The position numbers and the translations under genes were made by a program. From the NCBI GenBank assembly GCA_965223905.1, contig CBDCXV010000009.1, positions 736,001 through 800,000 on the forward strand: a DNA stretch of 64,000 nt, read 5' to 3'. The DNA comes from Candidatus Latescibacterota bacterium (GTDB lineage Bacteria; Latescibacterota; UBA2968; UBA8231). Below, piece by piece: positions 9,342 to 18,118 of this stretch; the stretch's first letter is position 1; every line of letters begins with the position of its first letter. The notes beneath the pieces are model-generated. The model was not told where the DNA came from. It did not search any database and saw only the letters and a program-made list of their open reading frames with translations.

Positions 9342-10601
9342 ATGCACCGAAGAATCATTGCCGCCGCGGCGCTGGCGCTGGCCGCGTCCGCAGGCGCCGA
9401 ACCACCCGAGCTCGACTTCGAGCGCCTGATCGAGGAGGCCCTGGCCGCGAATCCCGGGCTGAAGGCGCTCGAGCACCGGACAGCCGCGGCCGAGGCCAGG
9501 GTCCCGGCGGCCGGGGCGCTGCAGGACCCGTCGCTGCGGCTGGAGCTGAGCAACGTCCCTTTCAGTCCCCTCGACCTCGACGGCTCGCCGATGAGCGGCC
9601 GCCAGGTAACCCTGTCCCAGAAGCTCCCCTACCCGGGCAAACGCAAAGCCCGGGAACGCGCCGCCTCCCACGCCGCCGAGGCCGTTGCAGCCGCCCACCG
9701 GGAGCGCGAGCTGACCGTGGCCAACATGGTGAAGCAGGCCTATTACGAGCTCGCCTTCCTCGACCGGGCGATAGCCATCGCCGAGAGGAACCGGTCTCTG
9801 CTGAAGGATTTCGTCCGCATCGCGCAGAGCAAGTACTCGGTCGCCCGCGGCCCGCAGCAGGACGTGCTCAAGGCGCAGGTGTCGCTGTCGAGCCTGCGCG
9901 GCCGCCTGTTGATGCTGGAACGGCAACGGCGGCGGACTGGCGCCCGACTGAATGCGGTGCTGAACCGGCCCCCGGGCGAGCCAGTGGGCAGGACGCCCCC
10001 GATCGAGCCGACCCCTTTCGACATCGACGCGGGCCGGCTGCGGGAGATCGCCCAGGGGGAGCGGCCACTGCTGAACGGCCTGCGCGCTCGGCGAGACCGC
10101 TGGCGCGCCACCGAGGAGTTGGCGGTCCGGGAACGCCGCCCGGACTTCCAGGTCAGCGCCGCCTGGCGCCAGCGCGGCTTCAGGGAGGATCCGGTGGCGG
10201 GAAGCGACTTCTTCTCCGCCGGCGTAGTGCTGAACCTGCCGGTCTACCAGGGGCGCAGGCAGGACCGGGAGATCGCCGCGGCGCGGGCCGAGGTCAGGGC
10301 GGCCGAGGCGGAGCTCGAGGCGGAAAGCCGGGAGCTGGCGCTGCAGATCGAGCAGTTGCGGATCGACGCCGAGACCCACCTGCGGGAGATGGCGCTGTTC
10401 CGCGACGCGATCATCCCCCAGGCCGACCAGTCGCTGGCCGCGGCCATCGCCGGCTACCAGGTCGACGAGGTCGACTTCCTCACCCTGCTGGACAGCCAGG
10501 TAACCCTGCTGAATTTCGAGATCGACTACTACCGCCACCTGTCGCAATACGAGAAGACCCTGGCGCAGCTGGAGTCCGTCGTGGGCAGGAGGATCTTCTG
10601 A
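9342..10601 (+). CDS. TolC/CusC family outer-membrane efflux protein
   Basis: RBS AGGAGG then MHRRII; two OEP repeats ('ALAANPGL', 'SQKLPYPGKR', 'VLNLPVY'). Confidence 0.92.
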   Translation: MHRRIIAAAALALAASAGAEPPELDFERLIEEALAANPGLKALEHRTAAAEARVPAAGALQDPSLRLELSNVPFSPLDLDGSPMSGRQVTLSQKLPYPGKRKARERAASHAAEAVAAAHRERELTVANMVKQAYYELAFLDRAIAIAERNRSLLKDFVRIAQSKYSVARGPQQDVLKAQVSLSSLRGRLLMLERQRRRTGARLNAVLNRPPGEPVGRTPPIEPTPFDIDAGRLREIAQGERPLLNGLRARRDRWRATEELAVRERRPDFQVSAAWRQRGFREDPVAGSDFFSAGVVLNLPVYQGRRQDREIAAARAEVRAAEAELEAESRELALQIEQLRIDAETHLREMALFRDAIIPQADQSLAAAIAGYQVDEVDFLTLLDSQVTLLNFEIDYYRHLSQYEKTLAQLESVVGRRIF

Positions 10602-10776
10602 TGCTCGCCGGCAAACCATTTCTCGCGAAGGGGCCGGTGCAGTACGGACTCGCTGGGCTGCACTTCCCCGGCGGGTGCCCAACCACTCACCGGTTGCCCG
10701 CCATGCGAGCCGGGCGCCCCGGCGCCCTGGTCGGGCGCGAGTACCTGCTGCTGCGAGCACTGAGGGAGCGAAGATC

Positions 10777-12156
10777 ATGAAGAACACCACGTGGAAATAC
10801 GGGATCGCCGTCGTCCTGTCGCTGGCCGCCGGGCTCGGTCTCGGCCTGTGGCTGGGGGGCGCATTCGAAATGCAGACGTACGCCCAACATGAGGAAGCCT
10901 CCGTGTACCGCTGTCCCATGCACCCGACCGTGGTCTCCGACGGTCCGGGCAGCTGCCCGGTCTGCGGCATGGACCTGGTGGCCGACGAGCCGGCCGGAGG
11001 CAGCGCATCCGGAGGCGAACGCGTCATCGCGTACTGGCGGGCGCCGATGGACCCGTCGTACACCTCCCCGGAGCCGGGAAAGTCGCCGATGGGAATGGAC
11101 TTGGTGCCGGTGTACGAGGACGAGCTCCAGGCCGAGGGCACGGTGACCATCGATCCGGCGACGGTGCAGAACATCGGGGTGAAGACCGCGGCGGTGGAGC
11201 GCCGGATTCTGCACCGCACCCTGCGCACCGTCGGCCGCGTCGACTACGACGAGACGCGCATGACCGACGTCAACACCAAGATCGCCGGCTGGGTGGAGAA
11301 GCTGTTCGTCGACTACACCGGGCAGATGGTCGGGAAGGGAGAGCCGCTGCTGCAGATCTACAGCCCGGAGCTGGTGGCGGCCCAGGAGGAGTTCCTGACC
11401 GCCGTCGACTACAGCGAGCGCCTGCGGGCCGGCGCGGAGGGCGACGCCCTTGCGGGCGCGCGCGACCTGCGGTCGGCGTCGCTGCAGCGGCTGCGCTACT
11501 GGGACATCAGCGACCGGCAGATCGAGGCGCTGCGGGAGACGGGGAAGGTGCGGCGCACCATGACCGTGCACTCCCCGCAGCAGGGGACCGTGGTTCACAA
11601 GGGGGTGTTCGACGGCCAGCACATCGCCCGGGGGCAGCACCTCTACCGCATCGCCGAGCTGTCGCGGGTCTGGGTGTACGCCGACATCTACGAGTACGAG
11701 CTGCCGTGGGTGCGGGAGGGGCAGGAGGCCGAGGTCGAGCTCTCCTACCTGCCCGGGAAGACCTTCACCGGCAAGGTCACCTACGTCTATCCGTTTCTCG
11801 AGGCGAAGACCCGCACCGTGAAGGTGCGCATGGCCTTCCCCAACCCCGGACTCGAGCTGAAGCCGGGGATGTACGCCAACGTCACCATCCGCTCGCCGCT
11901 GCCGGCCGAGAGCGTCGTCGCGGTTCCGGTGCAGGCGGTGATCCACTCCGGGCCGCGCTACGTCGCCGTCGTCAGCCTCGGGGAGGGCCGCTTCCAGCCG
12001 CGCGACATCCGCGTCGGGGCCGAGGCCGGCGGCTTCTACGAGGTGCTCGAGGGCCTCCGCGAAGGGGAGCGGATCGTCACCTCGGCGCAGTTCCTGATCG
12101 ACTCGGAGAGCAACCTGAAGGCCGCGGTCGGCTCCATGCGGGAGGGTTCGTCATGA
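10777..12156 (+). CDS. cusB: CusB-type RND periplasmic adaptor with N-terminal heavy-metal-binding domains
   Basis: YRCPMHP...CPVCGMDL and YWRAPMDP...SPMGMDL domains; 'YSPEL..AQEE', 'LKPGMYA', 'SAQFLIDSES'. Confidence 0.93.
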   Translation: MKNTTWKYGIAVVLSLAAGLGLGLWLGGAFEMQTYAQHEEASVYRCPMHPTVVSDGPGSCPVCGMDLVADEPAGGSASGGERVIAYWRAPMDPSYTSPEPGKSPMGMDLVPVYEDELQAEGTVTIDPATVQNIGVKTAAVERRILHRTLRTVGRVDYDETRMTDVNTKIAGWVEKLFVDYTGQMVGKGEPLLQIYSPELVAAQEEFLTAVDYSERLRAGAEGDALAGARDLRSASLQRLRYWDISDRQIEALRETGKVRRTMTVHSPQQGTVVHKGVFDGQHIARGQHLYRIAELSRVWVYADIYEYELPWVREGQEAEVELSYLPGKTFTGKVTYVYPFLEAKTRTVKVRMAFPNPGLELKPGMYANVTIRSPLPAESVVAVPVQAVIHSGPRYVAVVSLGEGRFQPRDIRVGAEAGGFYEVLEGLREGERIVTSAQFLIDSESNLKAAVGSMREGSS

Positions 12157-15100
12157 TAGGGCGCGTCATCGAAGCCTGCATCCGCAACAAGCTGTTGACC
12201 CTGCTGCTGACCCTGCTTGCGGCCGGCGCCGGGCTCTACGCCGTGGCCGACACCCCCCTCGACGCCATCCCCGACCTGTCGGACGTGCAGGTGATCATCT
12301 TCACCGAGTACCCGGGGCAGGCCCCCCAGGTGGTCGAGGACCAGGTGACCTTTCCGCTGAGCACGGCGATGCTGGCGGTGCCGTTCGCCAGGGCAGTGAG
12401 GGGGTACTCCTTCTTCGGGCTCTCCTTCGTCTACGTCATCTTCGAGGACGGCACCGACATGTACTGGGCGCGCAGCCGGGTGCTGGAATACCTCAATTAC
12501 GCCGGCGACCGGCTGCCGTCCGGGGTGCGGCCGCGGCTGGGTCCGGACGCGACCGGGGTCGGCTGGGTGTACGAGTACGCCCTCGTCGACACCAGCGGCC
12601 GCCGCGACCTCGCGGAGCTGCGCTCGATCCAGGACTGGTACCTGCGCTACGAGCTGACCAGCGTGCCCGGGGTCGCCGAGGTGGCGAGCATCGGCGGCTT
12701 CGTCAAGCAGTACCAGGTGACCGTCGACCCCAACAAGCTGGTGGCCTACGGGATTCCCCTGCAGCAGGTCGGGGCCGCGATCCGGCGCAGCAACAACGAT
12801 GTCGGCGGCCGCCTCATCGAGCTGGCGGAGACCGAGTTCATGGTGCGCGGGCTCGGGTACATCGAGTCGCTCGAGGACATCCGCAACGTGCCGGTGAGCG
12901 CCGGCCTCTCCGGGACCCCGGTGCGGGTGCGGGACGTCGCCACCGTGTCGGTCGGGCCGGAGCTGCGCCGCGGCCTGGCGGAGTGGAACGGCGAAGGGGA
13001 AGTCGCCGGGGGCATCGTGGTGATGCGCTACGGCGAGAACGCGCTGGAGGTGATCGACGCGGTCAAGGAGAAGCTCGCCGCGCTCGAGGCCGGGCTGCCG
13101 GAGGGGGTGGTGGTGGAGACCGCCTACGACCGCTCCGGCCTCATCCGCCGCGCCGTCGGCCACCTGCAAGAGAAGCTGATCGAGGAGTGCCTGGTGGTGG
13201 CCGCGGTATGCGCGCTCTTCCTCCTCCACTTCCGCAGCGCCTTCGCCGCGGTCTTCACCCTGCCCGTCGGCATCCTCGTCTCCTTCATCGTCATGTGGGG
13301 CCAGGGGATCAACGCCAACATCATGTCCCTCGGGGGGATCGCCATCGCCGTCGGCGCCATGGTCGACGCCGGCATCGTGCAGATCGAGAACGCCCACCGG
13401 CATCTCGAGCGCGACCGCGGCCGCAAGGGCCACTGGGAAATCATCGCCGACGCCTCCAAGGAGGTGGGGCCGGCCCTGTTCTACTCGCTGCTGATCGTCA
13501 CCCTGTCCTTCCTGCCGGTGTTCACATTGGAGCAGCAGGAAGGGCGGCTGTTCAAGCCGCTGGCCTACACCAAGACCTACGCCATGGCGGCCGCGGCCAT
13601 CCTGTCGATCACCGTGGTGCCGGTGCTGATCGGCTTCTGCCTGCGCGGCCGCATCGTGCGCGAAGAGCGCAACCCCCTCAACCGTTTCCTGGTCCGGGGG
13701 TACGTGCCGGTCCTCGGCTGGCTGCTGCGCCACAAGGCGGCCGTGCTGGCCGCCGCCGCGGCGGTGGTGTTCGTGTCGCTGTTTCCCTTCCGCAGCGCCG
13801 TCGCCGACCGTTTCGCCGACCGGCCCGGAAGCTTCGCGCACCAGGCGCTCCAGCGCCTGCAGCGGCTGTTTCCCCTCGAGATGATCGGATCGGAGTTCAT
13901 GCCGCCGCTGTACGAGGGGGACCTGCTCTACATGCCGACGACCCTCCCGGGGGTGTCGGTCTCCAAGGCGCGGGAGCTGCTGCAGCAGACCGACCGGATC
14001 ATCCGCAGCTTCCCCGAAGTGGAGAACGTTTTCGGCAAGGTCGGCCGCGCCGAGACCGCCACCGACCCGGCGCCGCTGTCGATGATCGAGACCACCATCA
14101 CCCTGCGGCCGCAGGAGGAGTGGCGGCCGGGCATGACCCCGGAGAAGCTGGTCGAGGAGCTCGACGCCGCGGTCCGCTTTCCCGGCCTCACCAACTCCTG
14201 GACCATGCCGATCAAGACGCGCATCGATATGCTCTCGACCGGCATCAAGACCCCCGTCGGCATCAAGGTCGCGGGGGACGATCTCCAAACGCTCGAGGAG
14301 GTCGGCCGGCGGATCGAGCAGGTGATGCGCGAGATCCCCGGCACCGCCAGCGTTTACGCCGAGCGGGTCGCCGGAGGCAACTACATCGACTTCGAGATCG
14401 ACCGCGAGGAGGCGGCCCGCTACGGGCTGACGGTCGGCGACGTGCAGGACGTGATCCTGTCGGCGATGGGGGGCGTCAACGTCACCTACACCGTCGAGGG
14501 GCGCGAGCGTTACCCGGTAAACCTCCGCTACGGGCGCGAGCTGCGCGACAACCTGCCGGCTCTCCAACGGGTGCTGGTGGCCACGCCGTCCGGGGCGCAG
14601 GTGCCGATGGCGCAGCTCGCCGACCTGCGCATCCGCAAGGGGCCGCCCGGCATCAAGAGCGAGAACGCGCGCCTCAACGCCTGGGTCTACGTCGACATCC
14701 GCGACGCCGACGTCGGTACCTATGTCGAGCGGGCGCGGCAGGTCGTCGGCGAGCAGGTCGACCTGCCGCCGGGAACCAGCCTGGTCTGGAGCGGCCAGTA
14801 CGAATACATGGAGAGGGCGCAGCGGCGGCTGAGCATCGTCGTTCCGGTAACCCTTGCCATCATCTTCCTGCTCCTGTATCTCAACTTCCGCAGCGTCACC
14901 GAGAGCCTGATCGTCATGTTCACCCTGCCTTTCGCCCTGGTCGGGGGGATCTGGTTCATCTACCTGCTCGGCTACAACATGAGCGTCGCCGTCGGCGTCG
15001 GGTTCATCGCCCTCGCCGGGGTGAGCGCCGAGCTCGGAGTGGTCATGCTGACCTACCTCGACCAGGCGCTGGAGAGCCGCCGCAGGGACGGCCGGCTCGA

Positions 15101-15401
15101 CAGCTCCGGCGATCTCGTTGCCGCGGTTATTGAGGGCGCATCGAGAAGGGTGCGGCCGATCTTCATGACCGTCGGCTCGACGGTCGGCGGCCTGCTGCCG
15201 ATCATGTGGGCCTCGGGAACCGGGTCCCAGGTGATGAAGCGGATAGCGGCCCCGATGGTCGGGGGGCTGGCGACCGCCACCCTGCTCGTACTGCTGGTGC
15301 TGCCGGCCGTTTACGCTCTGTGGCGCGGCCTTGAGTTGCGCGCCGGCACGAAACCGACAACTGATACACACACCCACAAGGAAGGAGTCAGTGCATCATG
15401 A
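12153..15401 (+). CDS. cusA: CusA/SilA Cu(I)/Ag(I) RND efflux pump
   Basis: 'PLDAIPDLSDVQVII', 'LGPDATGVGWVY', 'EFMPPL.EGDLLYMP', 'DPAPLSMIET', 'WTMPIKTRIDML'; ATGA coupling to cusB. Confidence 0.96.
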   Translation: MIGRVIEACIRNKLLTLLLTLLAAGAGLYAVADTPLDAIPDLSDVQVIIFTEYPGQAPQVVEDQVTFPLSTAMLAVPFARAVRGYSFFGLSFVYVIFEDGTDMYWARSRVLEYLNYAGDRLPSGVRPRLGPDATGVGWVYEYALVDTSGRRDLAELRSIQDWYLRYELTSVPGVAEVASIGGFVKQYQVTVDPNKLVAYGIPLQQVGAAIRRSNNDVGGRLIELAETEFMVRGLGYIESLEDIRNVPVSAGLSGTPVRVRDVATVSVGPELRRGLAEWNGEGEVAGGIVVMRYGENALEVIDAVKEKLAALEAGLPEGVVVETAYDRSGLIRRAVGHLQEKLIEECLVVAAVCALFLLHFRSAFAAVFTLPVGILVSFIVMWGQGINANIMSLGGIAIAVGAMVDAGIVQIENAHRHLERDRGRKGHWEIIADASKEVGPALFYSLLIVTLSFLPVFTLEQQEGRLFKPLAYTKTYAMAAAAILSITVVPVLIGFCLRGRIVREERNPLNRFLVRGYVPVLGWLLRHKAAVLAAAAAVVFVSLFPFRSAVADRFADRPGSFAHQALQRLQRLFPLEMIGSEFMPPLYEGDLLYMPTTLPGVSVSKARELLQQTDRIIRSFPEVENVFGKVGRAETATDPAPLSMIETTITLRPQEEWRPGMTPEKLVEELDAAVRFPGLTNSWTMPIKTRIDMLSTGIKTPVGIKVAGDDLQTLEEVGRRIEQVMREIPGTASVYAERVAGGNYIDFEIDREEAARYGLTVGDVQDVILSAMGGVNVTYTVEGRERYPVNLRYGRELRDNLPALQRVLVATPSGAQVPMAQLADLRIRKGPPGIKSENARLNAWVYVDIRDADVGTYVERARQVVGEQVDLPPGTSLVWSGQYEYMERAQRRLSIVVPVTLAIIFLLLYLNFRSVTESLIVMFTLPFALVGGIWFIYLLGYNMSVAVGVGFIALAGVSAELGVVMLTYLDQALESRRRDGRLDSSGDLVAAVIEGASRRVRPIFMTVGSTVGGLLPIMWASGTGSQVMKRIAAPMVGGLATATLLVLLVLPAVYALWRGLELRAGTKPTTDTHTHKEGVSAS

Positions 15402-15834
15402 AACGCTTCGATTCGCCGCCATCCTCGCCCTCGCCCTGCCGGTCGCAGCGGCCGGCAGCCCATCCGGGGCGACCGAGGAGACCGCCGTCGATACGGCTTC
15501 CATGCAGGGAGAGATCGTCGACATCGCCTGCTACTTCCGCCACGACTCCAGCGGGCCGGAGCACACCAAGTGCGCCGTCTACTGCGCCAACCTCGGGATG
15601 CCCCTGGCCTTCCTCGAGGAGGAGACGGGCAACCTCTTCGTCGTGCTGCCCTCCGGGCACGCGGACCCGAAGGAAGTTGTGCTGCCGCACCTCGGCCAGG
15701 CTGTGAGCGTCGAGGGGATCCTGTGGTCCTCGGGAGGCCTGACCGGGATCGAGATCATGGAGATTCAACCTGCCGGGGAGGCCGGTGCCGACCCGGCGGA
15801 AGGGGAGATGGAGGGAGGGCACAGTGAACACTAA
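15391..15834 (+). CDS. Exported Cys/His-containing protein, probable periplasmic metal-binding OB-fold
   Basis: GTG start after GAAGGAG; signal peptide; 'GEIVDIACY...HTKCAVYCANLGMP'; overlaps the cusA 3' end. Confidence 0.8.
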   Translation: MHHETLRFAAILALALPVAAAGSPSGATEETAVDTASMQGEIVDIACYFRHDSSGPEHTKCAVYCANLGMPLAFLEEETGNLFVVLPSGHADPKEVVLPHLGQAVSVEGILWSSGGLTGIEIMEIQPAGEAGADPAEGEMEGGHSEH

Positions 15835-16159
15835 AGGGAAAGCCACCCTCGCCGTCGCAGCTGCGGCGGTTCTTCTGGCCGGAGGCGGCTACCTGTTGCA
15901 TGACCAAAGCCAGCCTCCGGAGTTGCCGCCTGACGGACTCGCCCTCTACCGGACCCTGCTGGAGGAGATCCCCGAGGTGGTCAGCGAGGTGCCGTGCGCC
16001 TGTTGCAAACAGACCCTGGCCTGGTGCTACGAGGGAGGCTGTCCCCCTACCTGACGCCAGTGCAACGAAGAAGGCCGTGACGCCTTCGAATGGCACCATG
16101 AAGGAAGGGGGATCGAGGAGATCAAGGAGCTGATCCTGGCGAAGTACTTCGACCAGTAG
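15824..16159 (+). CDS. Probable selenoprotein (Sec77, UxxC), membrane-anchored PCYCGC-like Cys-rich protein, 111 aa
   Basis: GTG start after GAGGGAGG; N-terminal TM; PCACC...WCY..GCPPT-TGA-RQC then the frame stays open (NEEGRDAFEWHHEGRGIEEIKELILAKYFDQ) to TAG at 16157-16159; hairpin follows the TGA. Confidence 0.78.
16055..16096 (+). promoter_or_regulatory. Candidate bacterial SECIS element
   Basis: Stem GAAGGC (16070-75)/GCCTTC (16082-87), loop CGTGAC with G in position 2, starting 21 nt after the UGA; lower pairing GCCA/TGGC or GTGC/GCAC. Confidence 0.6.
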
Positions 16160-16264
16160 TGGCCAGTCGTTATCATACCATGGTTGTCGGCTGGTTGGCG
16201 CTGTCGGCACCGGAGGCAGCCGATCACGGAGCGAGCGGCGAAGACCATTGATAGCAAAGAACGG

Positions 16265-17528
16265 ATGAATTCCATACAGGCGGGGGAAGATACCGAGCTC
16301 GAACTGAAGGAGATCGTGTTCCGGGGAGATAGGATTTCCTTTGCCAGGGAGGAAGGACGGGCTGCGTCCAAACTCGCAGAAGTATTCGTCAGCATGGCCA
16401 ACACGAAGGGGGGCGAGGTTGTGATGGGCGTGCCCAACAGCGATCGCATTCCAGTCGGAATCGACCACGAGATGCGCGATCTCCTGGAGCAATTCGTAGT
16501 CAACGTGGCGCTGAACAACTGCAAGCCTATGATCGTACCGGCGTTGAACTGGGAATACCTTCCCGGAGAAGACAGCGTGCCAAAGCTGTGTCTGATTGTT
16601 GAAATCCCCATGTCCAGATTCGATGTACACCAGACGAGCGACGGCCGCTTTCTTCAACGATTGGGAAGTCACCGGCAATCCATCCCTCCGGAACGACTGG
16701 CAGGCCTGCTGAGTGCTCGTCGCCTGACCAGCCCTGTAGAAGAAAGACCGGTTTTGGGCAGCAATCTGGATGATCTGAGCGAGGTTCGCTTGAACCAATA
16801 TTTCCTCGATCGCTTCCCGGACTGGTCCAGGCCCGAGGACTGGGGCTCCACCCTCGTCGACCACAAACTCGCCGTCGAGCTGGACTCGGGTGTGACGCCG
16901 ACGCACCTCGGAGTCTTGCTCTTTGCCGAACTACCAGAGCGGCATTTGAACGGCGCCTGCATCGATCTGGCCGCATATGCCCACGAGGAGCCCGACGGCA
17001 ATACCGTGGACAGCAAGCGGATCGTCGGCCCCGTGCCCGATCAGATCGCCCAGGCGCTGTCGTACATCCGGCTTTCACCCCTGGTTCCGACGCTCTCCAG
17101 GAAGGACGGAGAGGGCCGCATGGACTATCCGAGGTACGTGGAAACGGCTCTACAGGAAGCGGTCGTCAACGCCGTCGTGCACCGGGATTACGAGATCGCG
17201 GGTTCGCAGATCATCATCCGCCTGTTTCCCGACCGGATCGAGTTCCAGAATCCCGGTGCCCTCTACAACACCCTGACCATCGAGAACCTGTACGCGGGCT
17301 GTCAGCCTGTCCGCCGAAATCAGCTTCTGGCGGGATTCATGCGCGATTACAAGAGCGCGCTTACCGGCCGCAGCTATATGGAAGCGAGAGGCGAGGGGAT
17401 TCCTGAACCTGGTCAGGGACAGCCTGCGTCTGTCCGGGCGCCTCCCCAAGCTCGAACAGATCGGGGACGCGACCAAGCTGACGATCTACGCTGCGCGTCA
17501 TGAGGAGTTGGTGAATGATACGGATTGA
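16265..17528 (+). CDS. Schlafen/AlbA_2 domain plus RecG C-terminal-like (HATPase_c_4) protein, apparent frameshift near 17396
   Basis: 'GEDTELELKE','SMANTKGG..VMGV','ALQEAVVNAVVHRDY','F.DRIEFQNPG','RRNQLLA'; after EARGEG a plausible tail FLNLVRDS...KLTIYAA lies in another frame; start uncertain. Confidence 0.8.
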
Positions 17529-18082
17529 CGACGCACTCCTGCGATGGATGGCAGGGCGAAACATCGGCGTAGGGGGCTCAGGTAGTGGGCACCGAAGCTC
17601 TTCGCGTTGGTGATGCGGTCTTCGCCAGGCGTGATCGCCAGGGCCGGCAGGCTGCCGAACGCTGGGAGCTTCGGGAAGTCCTGGCGGTCGACGGCAGGGG
17701 GGATGTGAGTCACACGTGCCCCACAGGCAACCCGTCCGCTGAAGAGCCTACGATGTGGAACACCCTGGAATCTCAGTGCATCACCAGCGTCAGGACCATA
17801 CCGGCGACCCACCAGGGGATCGCCCGGAAACTGGCCGGCAAACTGGCGGGACGAACCGTGAACCAAAAGAATCTCTTTCGTCTCTACGAGCGATTCTTCG
17901 ATATATCAGTTCCTTCGCTGGGTATCTCCATACTTGCCGACCTGGATCTGCTCGACAGCATGGACCTGGACTGCTACTTGACCGAGTAACAGCCTGGGGG
18001 CCTTCTCGGCCGGGTGACATCCAGATCTTAAGAGATCATGCCGCCAGCCGCATTCTCATCTCCTGCCAATAAAGAAGCCTTG

Positions 18083-18118
18083 AAAACTGACTGAATTAAC
18101 GTAGATTCAGTCAGTTTT
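18083..18118. promoter_or_regulatory. Perfect 14-bp inverted repeat (operator-like) overlapping a sigma70-like promoter
   Basis: AAAACTGACTGAAT-N8-ATTCAGTCAGTTTT abutting ATG 18119; TTGAAA (18080-85) and TAGATT (18102-07). Confidence 0.7.

Noticed and set aside
12036-15377. 1113-aa ORF on - strand, and 8763-11228 (-)
   Set aside because: Antisense shadows of cusA and tolC/cusB.
16052-16054. Genome-wide UGA reassignment (Trp or Gly) as the cause of read-through
   Set aside because: Many clear genes here end in TGA with ATGA coupling, and Trp is encoded by TGG, so UGA is a normal stop codon.
17585-17989. 134-aa ORF between the AlbA-like and AAA genes
   Set aside because: No recognisable family and mixed composition; probably fragments, so not called.
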